Assembly (NCBI GenBank): GCA_965223905.1
Contig: CBDCXV010000011.1
Coordinates: forward strand, 64,001-128,000
Origin: Candidatus Latescibacterota bacterium
Lineage (GTDB): Bacteria > Latescibacterota > UBA2968 > UBA8231
DNA: 64,000 nucleotides
Reading direction: 5' to 3'
Made by a program: the position numbers and the translations under genes. Under the pieces are notes generated by a model. It ran no database searches. It worked only from the letters and a program-made list of their open reading frames with translations, and was not told the DNA's origin. Shown here piece after piece: positions 1-10,546 of this stretch (its first letter is position 1; every line of letters starts with the position of its first letter).

Positions 1-222
1 CCCGGCTCCTGACCCCGGTGCCGCGAGACAGCCGAGCACTGCCAGCAGCCATCCGAAACCGCCGGCACCCGGGAAAGAGGCCGAGGAGCGCCGGGCGGAC
101 AGGGTGCGGGGTGTATCGATGGGGTTCTCCAGTCGCAAGGTCGGCCGCATGCAGGACCGGGGGTGCCGAAGCCCCGGCAGGAACGCACTGGGAGGCCTGC
201 GCGTTCGGATCCTGTGGAGAGG

Positions 223-238
223 TGCAAAGACTGTGCCA
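223..238 (-). promoter_or_regulatory. sigma54 (-24/-12) promoter driving a gene left of the window
   Basis: Minus strand TGGCACAGTCTTTGCA is an exact match to TGGCAC-N5-TTGCW. Confidence 0.8.
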
Positions 239-314
239 TCGTGGAAAAAATGGAGCTAACTACTTGCAGATAAACGAGTTGAAGCAATTCAGGAGAAGCC
301 GGGGAAAAGGGGTC

Positions 315-472
315 GAGTGTCGCATTTTGGAACACTCCTGCGCCTGTTCCGGGGGTCGACTGAAGGGGAGTCGACTGTTCAACCAACTGTTTATAAACGG
401 GTTATATAAACTCAGGGGGCGGCATTGAGGGCCGTGTGTCGCGATATGCGACGCCTGTCTCATTTTGCGACA
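315..472. promoter_or_regulatory. putative enhancer (UAS) sites for an NtrC-family activator
   Basis: Three TGT-N11-ACA-like imperfect palindromes (TGTCGCATTTTGGAACA, TGTCGCGATATGCGACG, TGTCTCATTTTGCGACA) 80-230 bp upstream of the sigma54 promoter, with AT-rich tracts in between. Confidence 0.55.
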
Positions 473-740
473 CAAAAGGGCAAGGCTGGAAAGGGGCCGT
501 GCGGTCGGATCTCAGCGGGGATCCGCAGCCCGCGGACAGGCAGAAAACCCGGCCGGGGGGAACAGCAGCAACCAGGGCAAGGGGGCGGTCTATTTCGACA
601 TCACCATGGAAGGGGAGAAGCGCCGCGGCCACCTCTGGGACCACACCCACGGGAAGGCGCAGCCGCGGGCGGAGCGGGTCTGAAGCGACTCGCCCGGGCG
701 AGCCCATGTGCTGGGGGCGGTATAGAGGCCGGGTAGGATG

Positions 741-1001
741 CTACCGGGTGGCGGCTTGGACCCTGTTCCACTCCTGCGGCCGTCCCTCGAGCTCGCCGAG
801 GAACATGAAGGCTTTGCGTGACATGCCGCGGGATATCCGCTGAACCTCTTCGACGCTGCGGGAGTGGACCGCTTCTCCCTCGGCCCAGTAAAGAACCTCG
901 GGATCGTTATTCCACCTGTACAACAGGTCCCAGTCTCCCTCCGTCATCGCCCGCAGGACCATGCGAGGTCCCAGCAGCCTTACCTGGTGTTCACGGATCA
1001 T
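741..1001 (-). pseudogene. RimJ/RimL-type GNAT acetyltransferase, N-terminal fragment
   Basis: RMVLRAMTEGDWDLLYRWNNDPEV motif; ORF ends before the acetyl-CoA-binding half. Confidence 0.6.
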
Positions 1002-1069
1002 GAAATTTCCCCGTGGGGCCGAGATGCAAAAGGGCAAGAGCAGGTGATCGTACGTCCTCTGCGCCAAAG

Positions 1070-1242
1070 CGGAAGCGTGCGGAGTTCCTCATGATTGCCG
1101 CACTGGCAATGTGTCGGCAATTCCAGGTCAACAGGATATCGATGTCGTGAACCGATGGAACGGCGATATGGATGGCATCACGTGCTGCTACTTGCGGCAG
1201 CAGTGCAGAATCAAGAATAGCCTGCGATAATCGGAAATACAT
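1070..1242 (-). pseudogene. PIN-domain (VapC-like) toxin, C-terminal remnant
   Basis: DAIHIA...DILLTWNCRHIA motif typical of PIN proteins; N-terminus missing. Confidence 0.6.
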
Positions 1243-1437
1243 GCGATGGAATACTACCGCGGCTGCCGGGCCCGAGGGGAGTCAGGCTCGGGTCAGGGCC
1301 AGGAGCTCAGGAAAGCAGGATCGGTGCTGGGAGGTATGGGGGTGGTCGGATGCCGGCTTCAGCAGGCTCCGGTGGCGCTCAAGCGGGGATTCCCGGGGGG
1401 AAGCAGGGGACGCCTCCTTCGGTCGGGATGAAGTTCG

Positions 1438-2478
1438 CTACCTCCCACCACCAGAAACCGGGTACAGGGTTATTCCGGCTTTTTTCCCTGCGCCCTCATC
1501 GGCAACGATCAGCGTGTTGTCCGCGGCGAAAGTGATGCCTTCAATCTGACGATGCCATCGGGCGGGAAACTGCCTGACTGCCAGGACCTTCCCGCCGGGG
1601 GTGATCTCCGCAATGGCGCGCTGACGGGCAGCCACGACGAAGTAATTGCCCGAGGCAGGGTGCCGCTCGATTCCGGAAGGCTGGAACTTCGTTTGCGCGA
1701 TATGTCGGGAGAATTCAACGACAGGGATTACCGTACGGGGAGTTTCGCTCAGCTGCTTCCCGTCGATCGACCAGTGATATATCGCCAGCTTTCCTTCCAG
1801 GTCTGCACTGCGGGAACCTTTGCACATCAGCAGCAAAGCCCGCCGGCCATCATACGCCAAGCCTTCTATTTCGCAATCCCTGCCGATCCCGGTAGCATAG
1901 GCATTGAACAGGACGGACTCCCGGTCGGCGCCCTCGGTGCACTCGTACAGCCGTCCTGAACTGGTGACCAGGTAGATCCGCTCGCCGGCTGCGGCAATGC
2001 CTTCGAAATCGCCGGCAACCGGGTTCGCCGTATCCGCCAGCTGGAACGCTTTTTCTATGGACCCGTCCCGGAAATCGATTTCGTAAACGATTCCCCTCTC
2101 ATCGTTGTGTGCCAAGAGCCGGCCGTCCTTGGTCATGGCCAGACCCGAGATTTCCCTGAGACGTCCCGGAAGCTTCCGGTGCGCCGCGGTCTCGGCTTTC
2201 AGCTCATAGCTTCCGAGAGATACAGGTGGCAGCCCCCTTTCGCTTTCTGGCCGGTCAGGAGACTCGGCCATTTCCGTCCGTGAAGCCGCCCTCGTCTCAA
2301 CCACGGTATGGGCGGGCGAAGCATCCGTGTTCGCGGGGGTAGTATCCGTATCCAGGTTTGAACGACCCTCGCTCGATTCTGCCGGCGGATCCCCTCCATA
2401 GCCGATCGAAAACAGGAAGACGAAAATGCTGAAACCGAGGAATCCCAGCAGGGATTTTTCTCCGCGACCCATGTGCAA
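1438..2478 (-). CDS. SdiA-regulated (YjiK-like) beta-propeller protein, membrane-anchored
   Basis: N-terminal TM helix; repeated EISGLA / DFEGIA / EIEGLA / QPSGI / QIEGIT blades. Confidence 0.75.
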   Translation of the reverse strand: MHMGRGEKSLLGFLGFSIFVFLFSIGYGGDPPAESSEGRSNLDTDTTPANTDASPAHTVVETRAASRTEMAESPDRPESERGLPPVSLGSYELKAETAAHRKLPGRLREISGLAMTKDGRLLAHNDERGIVYEIDFRDGSIEKAFQLADTANPVAGDFEGIAAAGERIYLVTSSGRLYECTEGADRESVLFNAYATGIGRDCEIEGLAYDGRRALLLMCKGSRSADLEGKLAIYHWSIDGKQLSETPRTVIPVVEFSRHIAQTKFQPSGIERHPASGNYFVVAARQRAIAEITPGGKVLAVRQFPARWHRQIEGITFAADNTLIVADEGAGKKAGITLYPVSGGGR

Positions 2479-3425
2479 TCACCTGGTTGCGGAGCTGTGT
2501 CTCTTCAGTTGCACGTTGCTGATGCTCTTCTTTCCGGAGTCCTCGATCTCCCGGACGATGGAAGCCGGGTCGGCGGACTGCTTCAACCAGACATCGAAGG
2601 CGACGACGGCCGTTCCATCCTGATTCCTGACCACGCTGGCCAACTGCCATTGCCTGGTGCTGGATTTCAGGACCTGGGCGGCCGCCTTCTGCGCGGCATT
2701 GGCTTTGGTCGCATTCACTTCGATCCGGGCGTCGCCGGGTGCCCCGGCGGCAATGGCCTTGTTGCCTGGCCCGGCGGCCTTCTCCGCCTTTTCGGCGGGG
2801 ACGATTCTCCACCCGGACAGCACGGTCGACTGCGCTCCGAAATTGGTTTTCCACACTGCGAGAGATACGGTGACGAACGCCAACGACGCGAGATAGGCCA
2901 CCGTGGTGAGCTGGGTGCCGGCGGCCAGCCCTATGCCGATGGCCATGAACATGTACACGGCATCTATCGGCTCATCGAGCGAGGTCCGGAAGCGGACCGC
3001 GGCCACGATGCCGGCAAGGCTGAAGGCGAGGGCAAGACTCCCCTTGACGAGAAAGACAACCAGGGCAATGGAAATGGGAACCACGAGCAGGGTCTGCGCA
3101 AAGGATTGATTGTATTTCTTGCGCGGCCGCGTCAAGCGGTATACCCAGGTAATCGGGAGGGTTACTGCGAAAGCCAGCACCATGGCGACCATGACCGGGA
3201 TGGTGTGCGCCGGGTCGGCGAGCCTGGCTACCCCTTCCTGGATATCTCCGAGTGGAAACGGAACGGTGTCGGTCCCCGGGTCCAGGCCTTTGGCAACGAA
3301 GATGCGTTCGCGCTCCACGGCGACGTAATAGAGGATCTGGGGGAAGAGGTGGAAAACCCCGCTGAGCGCCAGAAGCCATGCAACGTAGTAGACAACGAGC
3401 CGTACTGATGATGTTGCTGGAGCAT
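2479..3425 (-). CDS. DUF4956 membrane protein (apparent frameshift near the 5' end)
   Basis: SLALAFSLAGIVAAVRFRT motif; homologous frame continues upstream of 3318 (VRLVVYYVAWLL) while the GAGGAG RBS and ATG at 3425 are in another frame. Confidence 0.75.
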
Positions 3426-3444
3426 GTGAATTCTCCTCGATTGG

Positions 3445-5640
3445 CTAGAATGTGAGACCAGCGCGCACGTACAGTCCCGTCAGGTCGTCGCCGTTTACGA
3501 CAGCCACGCTCAAGGTCTGCAGGCGCTGGAGGAAGGACAGCCACAATCCGCCTCCGGTACTGGTGTGCCAACGGTCGGCATCGTCCGGATCCCCGGAATA
3601 GAACACCCGGCCGGCGTCGGCCGCAGCGAACAGGCCCAGCTCGCCCGGCACCAGAAGCCTGATCTTCGCCAGCACCAGGCGCAGCTCGGAATTCCCGTAC
3701 AGTGCGGTATCTCCCGCGAACCGGTTTTTGCGGAAACCGCGCAGGCTGCCGCCGGATGCATCGCCGCCGGTCAGGCCGGGCCCGCCCAGAAAGGCGCTCT
3801 CGTGGAAGGGGAAGGTACCCCACACCTTCCTGCCGCCGGCTCGCAAGGCAAGGGTCGGGTTGGCTGGGACAGGAGCCGTCACGTAGGCGCGCGTTTCCCC
3901 GTCCATGCTGCCGAAAGCCGACTCCACATCCCAGGCTCCCGGATAGAGGGCTCCGGCGACACGGGCAAGAATCCCCCGGGTAGGGTACCCCGAATTGTCG
4001 CGCGCGTCGTAGAAGATCTCGCCCTGCGCCCCTGCCTGGCCGAAGGACCCCGTGCCGTACCACGGGTGATCCCGGGAAGCGATGAAATTCCCCTCGTTCG
4101 AGCTGAGCGGCGTGTTCGAATACTTGACGACCGGCCCGAAGGCGATGGTCCATTGCGGGCGCGGCGACTTCATGCCGCCATGGGATCCGCCCCCTTGATG
4201 GCCGCCCGCGCCGAACTCGAGAGAGGGTGCGAAAGCGAAATGATTCTGCTCCACCTCGTAGAAGGAAGCCGGACCCGGAATTTGAGTGGCGTTGCCGAGT
4301 CCGTTGAAGCGGATCACCTGGAGCCCTGAGTACTTGAGCTTGACCTTCGCGTCCAGGCCGAACAGCGACCGGCGGAAGGTTCCGGTGTAGGACACAGAGG
4401 GCTTGAGACGATTCACGGCCAGCCCGGCGTTTATGGAGTGGCTCGAAGCAAAGGGGTCCTTTCGATACCCGAAGTACTGCCGGCTGGCCACACCTCCCGC
4501 GAACACGCCCAGGTCCGGGGTCACCATGAAGACCGGGAAGGCGATCGTCTGCCTGCCCCAGTCCAGGGCGTAGCGCGCGCGCAGAACCGGTGCGGGAGGA
4601 CGCTTGTAGGGGCTCTCGTCGATTTTGGCCCCCTTGCCTTTCGCGAACCGGTTGTTCCCGCGGTAATCGTAGAACCTTGTCTTTGAAGCGCCGGCCCGGG
4701 ACGAATTGGTGAAGCTGTCGTCCCCTCCTCCGCCATCGATGCGAACGGCGATCTTTCCCTCGGTCCCCGATATTTCCGCGCTGTCGGCTCCCCCTCGGAG
4801 GTATACTCGGACTTCCCGGGTTTCCCCGGGGCGGAAGGTCCTCCGGAAATAGGGATCTTCTCTTTTCCCACCCGGACCTTCCATCAGACCGATGCGGACC
4901 GCGAGATCGCCGTCCGGCATGTGCTCGCACTGGAGGTATTCGTCCTTGTCGGTCGCTTGGATCTCCACCTCCCGGGTTATCAGCTCGTAGTAGCGGTCGA
5001 CGAACTCAGGCAAGGCGTCCCGCCTGGATTTCAGGGCTTTTTCAAGTTCCTCCCCGATCATCAGGTAATAGGGCTGCGGAAGCCTCCGAACCGCATCCTC
5101 GATGACCGGGTCGGGCAGGTTTCTGCGGAACTCGGTCACCACCGAGTCCCACGCAGCCTTGTCGAGCTCGACGAGGAACTCGCGGTCCATCTCCCACCCC
5201 GTAGTCGACAGGCCTACCAGGCTCGGGTACGTGTCTTTGAACTTGATCTGTCTGGGCAGTCCCCTGCGCGCCACGGTCATGGCGAACCCGTCGAAATCGA
5301 TGAAAGCCTGGTCGCGGTCCTCGGGTATCACAACCCAGGTAAAGCAGTCCCCGTCCGGGAACCGCGCCCACCTCCACTGGCCGAAATGGCGGTCCTTGTC
5401 GCCGATGAGGAAGTCCATCAGCTTGGCCTTCAGGTAGGCGCGGGCATCGACGCGGTTGCATGGGCTTTTTTCCAGGTGCTTCCACAGCTTCTCCGTTCCG
5501 CTGATTTTTCGGGAACCGGCAAAGCCGGGAGCATCGTCCGGCCCCTCGGAAGGGTGTTCCTGCAGCGTGCCTATGAGGCCGGCAAACTCCTCGCGGTACT
5601 CCCCCAGCCTGGGATCGTCCGGAATGACGACGAGCGTGTG
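3445..5640 (-). pseudogene. 5'-truncated Omp85 (BamA/TamA-family) barrel protein with an N-terminal kinase-like domain
   Basis: DFLIGDKDRH and PEDRDQAF motifs, LRGFRKNRFAGD (Omp85 VRGF loop), C-terminal Phe; frame is open to 5640 with no start before the in-frame TAA at 5643-5641. Confidence 0.75.
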
Positions 5641-5903
5641 TTAAGTATGCGGGGCGTTTGCCCGGCCGTTTGTTGCGGCCCGTTGTCGAAGATACATACA
5701 AGCCGTTTTAGATCGCGCGGGGTGGAGGAAGAAAGGTCTGCTTCGGACCTCCTGTCACCCTCTTTGTCGAACAATTCGGCGTTGCCGCCGGGCCCAACCA
5801 GGGAGGAAGGAGAGCTCGGCCCCCAGGTCAGGCTTGTCGAGGGAGCAAGTTAGGAAGGCCAATTTTTTTGCGCTTCGTTCGACTCGCGGCAGCGACGACG
5901 CCC

Positions 5904-6611
5904 TCAGACATTCCACTCCTCCGGCGGAACCACCGACCGGTCCCGAGGCTCGTACCCCAGCACCTTCTTCCCGTGGTCGAGATCGTACATCGGCCAGTTG
6001 CTGTCCGAGACCCCGAACACCACTTCGTACCGCACCCCCGGATGAACGATGGCGCGCTCGAACACCCGCACGCAGTCCCCGTGGCTGAGGTGGTGCGGGT
6101 GTTCCGGCAGGTCGCGGTCGCGGTTGAAGTTGCCAATGCGCACCGACACCACCTCCATGTCGAAGCGGGTCGCGTACATGTAGCCGATCTGCTCGCCGAA
6201 CGCCTTGCTGATCGTGTAGTAGTTCTGCGGCAGCGGGACCAGGTCCATTGTGCGCTGCAGCGACTTCGGATAAGCCCCCAGCAGCCCGGCCCGGCTCGCG
6301 AAGGCGACCCGTCGCACCCCGTTTTGCCGGCTCGCCTCGAAGAGGTTGTAGGTGCCGGTGATGTTGTTCTGCAGGACCTGCTCCCAGGTGGCGCTGCCTC
6401 CGGGGTTCCCGGCGAGGTGGATGACAGCCTCCATGCCACGCGTTGCCTGGAGCGCCACCTCATAATCGGAGAGATCGCCGATCACGACGTCCCCGGCATC
6501 GAGGCCGGGCACCTCGACGAGGTCGAGGCCGCGCAGCTCGTAGCGCCCTTTCAGGCCTGCGACCAGGGTGGATCCGACGGCCCCGGCCGCCCCCGTAATC
6601 AGAACACGCAT
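5904..6611 (-). CDS. NAD-dependent epimerase/dehydratase (uronate dehydrogenase-like)
   Basis: MRVLITGAAGAVG Rossmann motif, YTISK catalytic motif. Confidence 0.85.
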   Translation of the reverse strand: MRVLITGAAGAVGSTLVAGLKGRYELRGLDLVEVPGLDAGDVVIGDLSDYEVALQATRGMEAVIHLAGNPGGSATWEQVLQNNITGTYNLFEASRQNGVRRVAFASRAGLLGAYPKSLQRTMDLVPLPQNYYTISKAFGEQIGYMYATRFDMEVVSVRIGNFNRDRDLPEHPHHLSHGDCVRVFERAIVHPGVRYEVVFGVSDSNWPMYDLDHGKKVLGYEPRDRSVVPPEEWNV

Positions 6612-6640
6612 CGCTCGTCCAAGGCCCGCGGGAAGGCGGA

Positions 6641-9600
6641 TCAGCGGTCCTGCAGCGGCAGGTGGCGCCGCGACTCGATCCAGAAGGCGGCGATCGAAAC
6701 GGCGACGATGCCGAGCCAGATCCATCCGTGAACCTGGAACCAGGTGGCGGGCTGGCGCACGAGATCCAGGCCCGGGTCCAGGGTGGCGGTCAGCACCCCG
6801 AGGAGGATGTAGGCGAGGATGTTCCCGCGCAGCAGGAAGGCGATGACGGCAGCGACGGTCGCTATTTTGATGGCGCTCGTTCCGGCGCCGAGGAGGAACT
6901 CGCCGGCGTTGAATGCCCCCCCTTCCGAGATCAGGAGCCAGGCGAGGACCGCCCCGATCACGTACGCAGGTTTCTTCAGGACCTTCAGCGCGTAGAAGAG
7001 GACGATGCCGTAGGCGATCGGCATCACGGCCCCGGTGGTCAGGGTGGCGATCAGGCCGCTGACGGCCGGCGCCGCGTCGTTCATTCCGGTCAGCGACAGG
7101 AGGCCAAAGCCGGGATCTGCGAACCCGGGGAATTGCCGGGCAACGAGGCCGGCGAGCCGATCCCCGACCTTCCCGGCGACCCAGGCGAGCAGGGCGATCA
7201 AGGCGGCGTCGCGAAAGAACCCGCCCCGCCCCGGTCCCCGCAGGCGCTCGAGGCAACCCGGGTACAGGGAATCGGCCAGGCCGAGATAGCAGACCACACC
7301 GAGGCCGACGGCGATCAGGCCCAGCACCGCGCCGACGACCTGCATGATGGTGAAGATGGTGGTCGTCATCGCGGTGCTGTACCCGGTGTAGAATGCCGGC
7401 AGGCTGTTGAGGTAGCCGATGAGGAACAGGGCGCCGGCGATCAGACCGAGAGTCACCGGTTTCCGCCAGCCGAGGGCCTGCGACCGCATCTGGCGGACCA
7501 TCAGCCAGATCAGGTGCAGGACGACAAAGACGATGACGGCGATGTTCAGCCCCGACATCACCGCTTTCAAGGTGGTGCTCTCCTCGCGCTCTCGAAGCCA
7601 TTCCTCGGGCAGCTTGACGAAGCGGCGGAAGCCGCTCGCTTCGTCGCCGATCACGTCGACCTCGATCCGGTAGAAGGACTGGTCGAGGTTGCGCGGGTCC
7701 CCCTCCAGGGCCTCCCAGACGAAGTTGTGGTCGCGCCTCGCCTTCATCTTCTCCGAGGAGGATTCCACCAGCTCGAACTCGCCCGCATCGACCCCGAACT
7801 CCCGCAGGTGGGCTTCGGCCACCGCCCGCGCCTCCTCTTCGGAGAGGTCGGCCCCGGCAGCCTCCTCTTCCACCAGGTGGGTGTAGGAATCGACGCTACC
7901 GTCGCCGCAGTCGACGTAGACGCGGAACTCCTCCTTTTCGAGGGACCGGAAGAACCGCACCCGCCAGCGGTTGAGGGGCAGGTGGCGGCTGTAGAGGCTG
8001 TCGATGGCGGCGAAGCCGGCCCGCTCCATGCGGTACTTGGCGACGCTGCCGCTGGCCGCGGAGGAGCCGGTCACCACCACCCGGTATTCCTCCAGATCGA
8101 CCCCTCGGCCGCCGAGGTAGCTTCGCGCCGCGGCTTCCGCTTCCTGCGCGGTGACGGCGAAGGCGGTCTCCTCGAGCGGCTTCTCGTAGTCGAGGAGGAA
8201 GAGGCCGGCTGCCAGGGCGACGACCGCGGTCGAGAGGAGAAGGCGGCGCCCCGACAGGGGGGTGTACGCCGATGCCGGCTCCGGTTCGGAAAGGGGTTCG
8301 TCTTGCGGCGCCTGAACCCCCTCCCCGGACAAGGCCTCCTGCAGCTCGTCGAGGGGGGGACTCTCGGCGCGGTTGAGCAGCGGCTCGGGATCGACGAAGA
8401 ACCGGTGCCGCACGTACAGGACCAGGGCCGCGGCGAACGGCAGCAGCATCAGGCCGACCGAAAGGCCGGCGGAGACGACGAAGTAGCTGTTGCTCGACCG
8501 CAGCAGGATCATGGCGGTGTAGAAGGCGTCGATGGTGTAGTGCCAGACCAGGGCGGGAAGCAGCCCCCAGCGGATCATCACGTAGCCGACGGCGATCCCG
8601 GCGAGGCCGACCTCGATGCCGCGGATGTAGAACGGCTGCTGCGGGTACCCGGCGTGGGCGAACCCCCAGACCAGGGCGGAGATCACCACGGCGAGCCAGC
8701 GCTTCTTCAGGAAACGCTGCAGGAACGGGATCGAGAAGGCCCGCGAGGTGAACTCCTCGGAGACCGCCGGCATGAACCCGATCAGCAGGACGACGACCCA
8801 CGGGATGTAGGTGTTGACCATCTGGTCGTAGGGGATCTGCGCCGGGCTCCAGGCCCCCAGGTCGTCGGCGACGACGTAGAAGACGGTCTGGTAGGCGACG
8901 AACAGGGCGGTCATGGTCAGGCCGATGACGGTGCCGGTCAGGAAGCGCTTGGTGCGGATTCCCGCCGGCAGGAACTGCTGGTTGAGACTGATCTGGCCGC
9001 CGTAGGAGCGGCGGTAGATCGGCTCCGCCCCGGCGGTGAGAAAGCCGATGAGGACCGCCTGTCCGAGCGCCGAGAGCAGGGCCGAGAGCAGGTGACTGGT
9101 GAGGAAGCTGCCGTAGGTCTCGGTGGTGTCGAAGTTGAACTCCGTGAGCGGCAGGGTGTTGAGCTCGGCGAGAAAGGTCAGGGCGAAGGCGATGGCGGTG
9201 AATACCGTTACCGTCTTCCAGCGCACGTCCCGGGCGCGGATGCTCTGGGTGAGGACCACGAGCATGCCGATCCACAGGAGCACCATCAGGACGGCGGCGA
9301 TCAGGCCGGTCGCCTCGTTGTAGGAGCGCAGCTCCTGGTACTCCCGCTGCCAGGCCTCGGGAACCTTGAGGTACTCGCTGTACCTGCCGACCTCATCCCC
9401 CTGGATGCCGACCGTGAGGCGGTAGGTCGCCTCGGAGACCTCGAATCCGGACAGCTTCCAGGTGAAGGTGTGGTCGCTGCGGTTCGGGCGCTCGGTGATC
9501 TCGGCCTCGACGAAGGTCAGCCCCGCCAGGTCGCGGCCCATCGTCCCGGAGAGGAAGCCCTCGGCCAGGGAGCGGGCTTCGGCCTGGTCGAGGCTGGCCC

Positions 9601-10021
9601 CGGCGGCCTCCTCCTCGATCAGGTGGGAGAAGCCGGCCAGCTCCCCCGCGGTCGTGTACTGCACGCGGAACTCTTCCTTCTCCAGCTCCCTGACCCAGCG
9701 GTTGCTCCAGCGCCACAGGCGCACCGGGTCGCCGATGAGGGCGGTGGCCCCTTCGAGTCCCAGCTCGCGCTCGAGGAAGGTCTTGGCCATGCCGTCGAAG
9801 AGGAAGATGGCGCTGTGGCGGTACCCCTCGACGTCGAGGCCGCGGCTGTCGAGGAAGGTCCGCGCCCGTTCCCCCGCCTCCTCGCGGGTGATGCGGAAGT
9901 CGATGGTCGCTTCCGGGAAGGCGTCGTAGAAGAAGTGGCTCGCCGTCACCAGGCTGGCCGCGGCGACGACGAAACAGACGGCGATCAGCCGGAAATCGCG
10001 ATGGGTGAGGTGTTGTTCCAT
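6641..10021 (-). CDS. large CPBP (type II CAAX/Abi) intramembrane metalloprotease, internally duplicated
   Basis: SEEFTSR, WGFAH and WHYTID motifs; many TM helices; two homologous extracytoplasmic halves. Confidence 0.85.
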   Translation of the reverse strand: MEQHLTHRDFRLIAVCFVVAAASLVTASHFFYDAFPEATIDFRITREEAGERARTFLDSRGLDVEGYRHSAIFLFDGMAKTFLERELGLEGATALIGDPVRLWRWSNRWVRELEKEEFRVQYTTAGELAGFSHLIEEEAAGASLDQAEARSLAEGFLSGTMGRDLAGLTFVEAEITERPNRSDHTFTWKLSGFEVSEATYRLTVGIQGDEVGRYSEYLKVPEAWQREYQELRSYNEATGLIAAVLMVLLWIGMLVVLTQSIRARDVRWKTVTVFTAIAFALTFLAELNTLPLTEFNFDTTETYGSFLTSHLLSALLSALGQAVLIGFLTAGAEPIYRRSYGGQISLNQQFLPAGIRTKRFLTGTVIGLTMTALFVAYQTVFYVVADDLGAWSPAQIPYDQMVNTYIPWVVVLLIGFMPAVSEEFTSRAFSIPFLQRFLKKRWLAVVISALVWGFAHAGYPQQPFYIRGIEVGLAGIAVGYVMIRWGLLPALVWHYTIDAFYTAMILLRSSNSYFVVSAGLSVGLMLLPFAAALVLYVRHRFFVDPEPLLNRAESPPLDELQEALSGEGVQAPQDEPLSEPEPASAYTPLSGRRLLLSTAVVALAAGLFLLDYEKPLEETAFAVTAQEAEAAARSYLGGRGVDLEEYRVVVTGSSAASGSVAKYRMERAGFAAIDSLYSRHLPLNRWRVRFFRSLEKEEFRVYVDCGDGSVDSYTHLVEEEAAGADLSEEEARAVAEAHLREFGVDAGEFELVESSSEKMKARRDHNFVWEALEGDPRNLDQSFYRIEVDVIGDEASGFRRFVKLPEEWLREREESTTLKAVMSGLNIAVIVFVVLHLIWLMVRQMRSQALGWRKPVTLGLIAGALFLIGYLNSLPAFYTGYSTAMTTTIFTIMQVVGAVLGLIAVGLGVVCYLGLADSLYPGCLERLRGPGRGGFFRDAALIALLAWVAGKVGDRLAGLVARQFPGFADPGFGLLSLTGMNDAAPAVSGLIATLTTGAVMPIAYGIVLFYALKVLKKPAYVIGAVLAWLLISEGGAFNAGEFLLGAGTSAIKIATVAAVIAFLLRGNILAYILLGVLTATLDPGLDLVRQPATWFQVHGWIWLGIVAVSIAAFWIESRRHLPLQDR

Positions 10022-10123
10022 GTTTATCTTCAGGCTCGAGTTTCACCCGGCTCGAATGGGAGATGGTCCCTGGCCGGAAACCGGAAATTCCCTGCCGGTT
10101 CAGATCGCCGGCGAGAAGTGGAA

Positions 10124-10546
10124 ATGAATTCCTGCCAAGGCTTGGACCAGCGCATCGCGAACCTGCTCGAACCCCGCCGGGAGGTTCTCGAAGCCTACCT
10201 GTTCGGCTCCCATGCGCGCGGAGAGGCGCAGCCTCACAGCGACCTGGACATCGCCGTTTACATCGATGAAGAAGCGGCGGAAAAAAGCGTTTTCGGGTAC
10301 CGTGCGCAACTCGCTACCGAGCTCATCGCGGGGCTCCACAGCAACGACATCGACCTTCTGATTCTCAACCAGGCCCCCCCGGTTTTGTACTATCATGTCC
10401 TGCGCGACGGCATTCGCCTCCTTGCCCGTGACATGAGGGCGACGACGACTCGGGAAGGGCGTGCGGTTTCCCGCTACTGCGACTTCGTTCCCCAGCTCGC
10501 GAAGATGGAAGCGGCGTGGGGTTCCGGCTCCCCAGAGGGAAGATGA
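10124..10546 (+). CDS. mntA: MntA-type minimal nucleotidyltransferase antitoxin (type VII TA)
   Basis: YLFGSHARGEAQPHSDLD (GSX10DXD); overlaps the HEPN gene. Confidence 0.8.
   Translation: MNSCQGLDQRIANLLEPRREVLEAYLFGSHARGEAQPHSDLDIAVYIDEEAAEKSVFGYRAQLATELIAGLHSNDIDLLILNQAPPVLYYHVLRDGIRLLARDMRATTTREGRAVSRYCDFVPQLAKMEAAWGSGSPEGR

Noticed and set aside
465-683. Small ORF as a real gene
   Set aside because: No recognisable motif, and it overlaps the putative enhancer sites
6662-10123. 1294-aa plus-strand ORF and other long antisense ORFs (e.g. 2972-4930, 13169-14794, 14007-15707)
   Set aside because: Shadow ORFs of GC-rich genes; only the last 140 codons (MntA) look real
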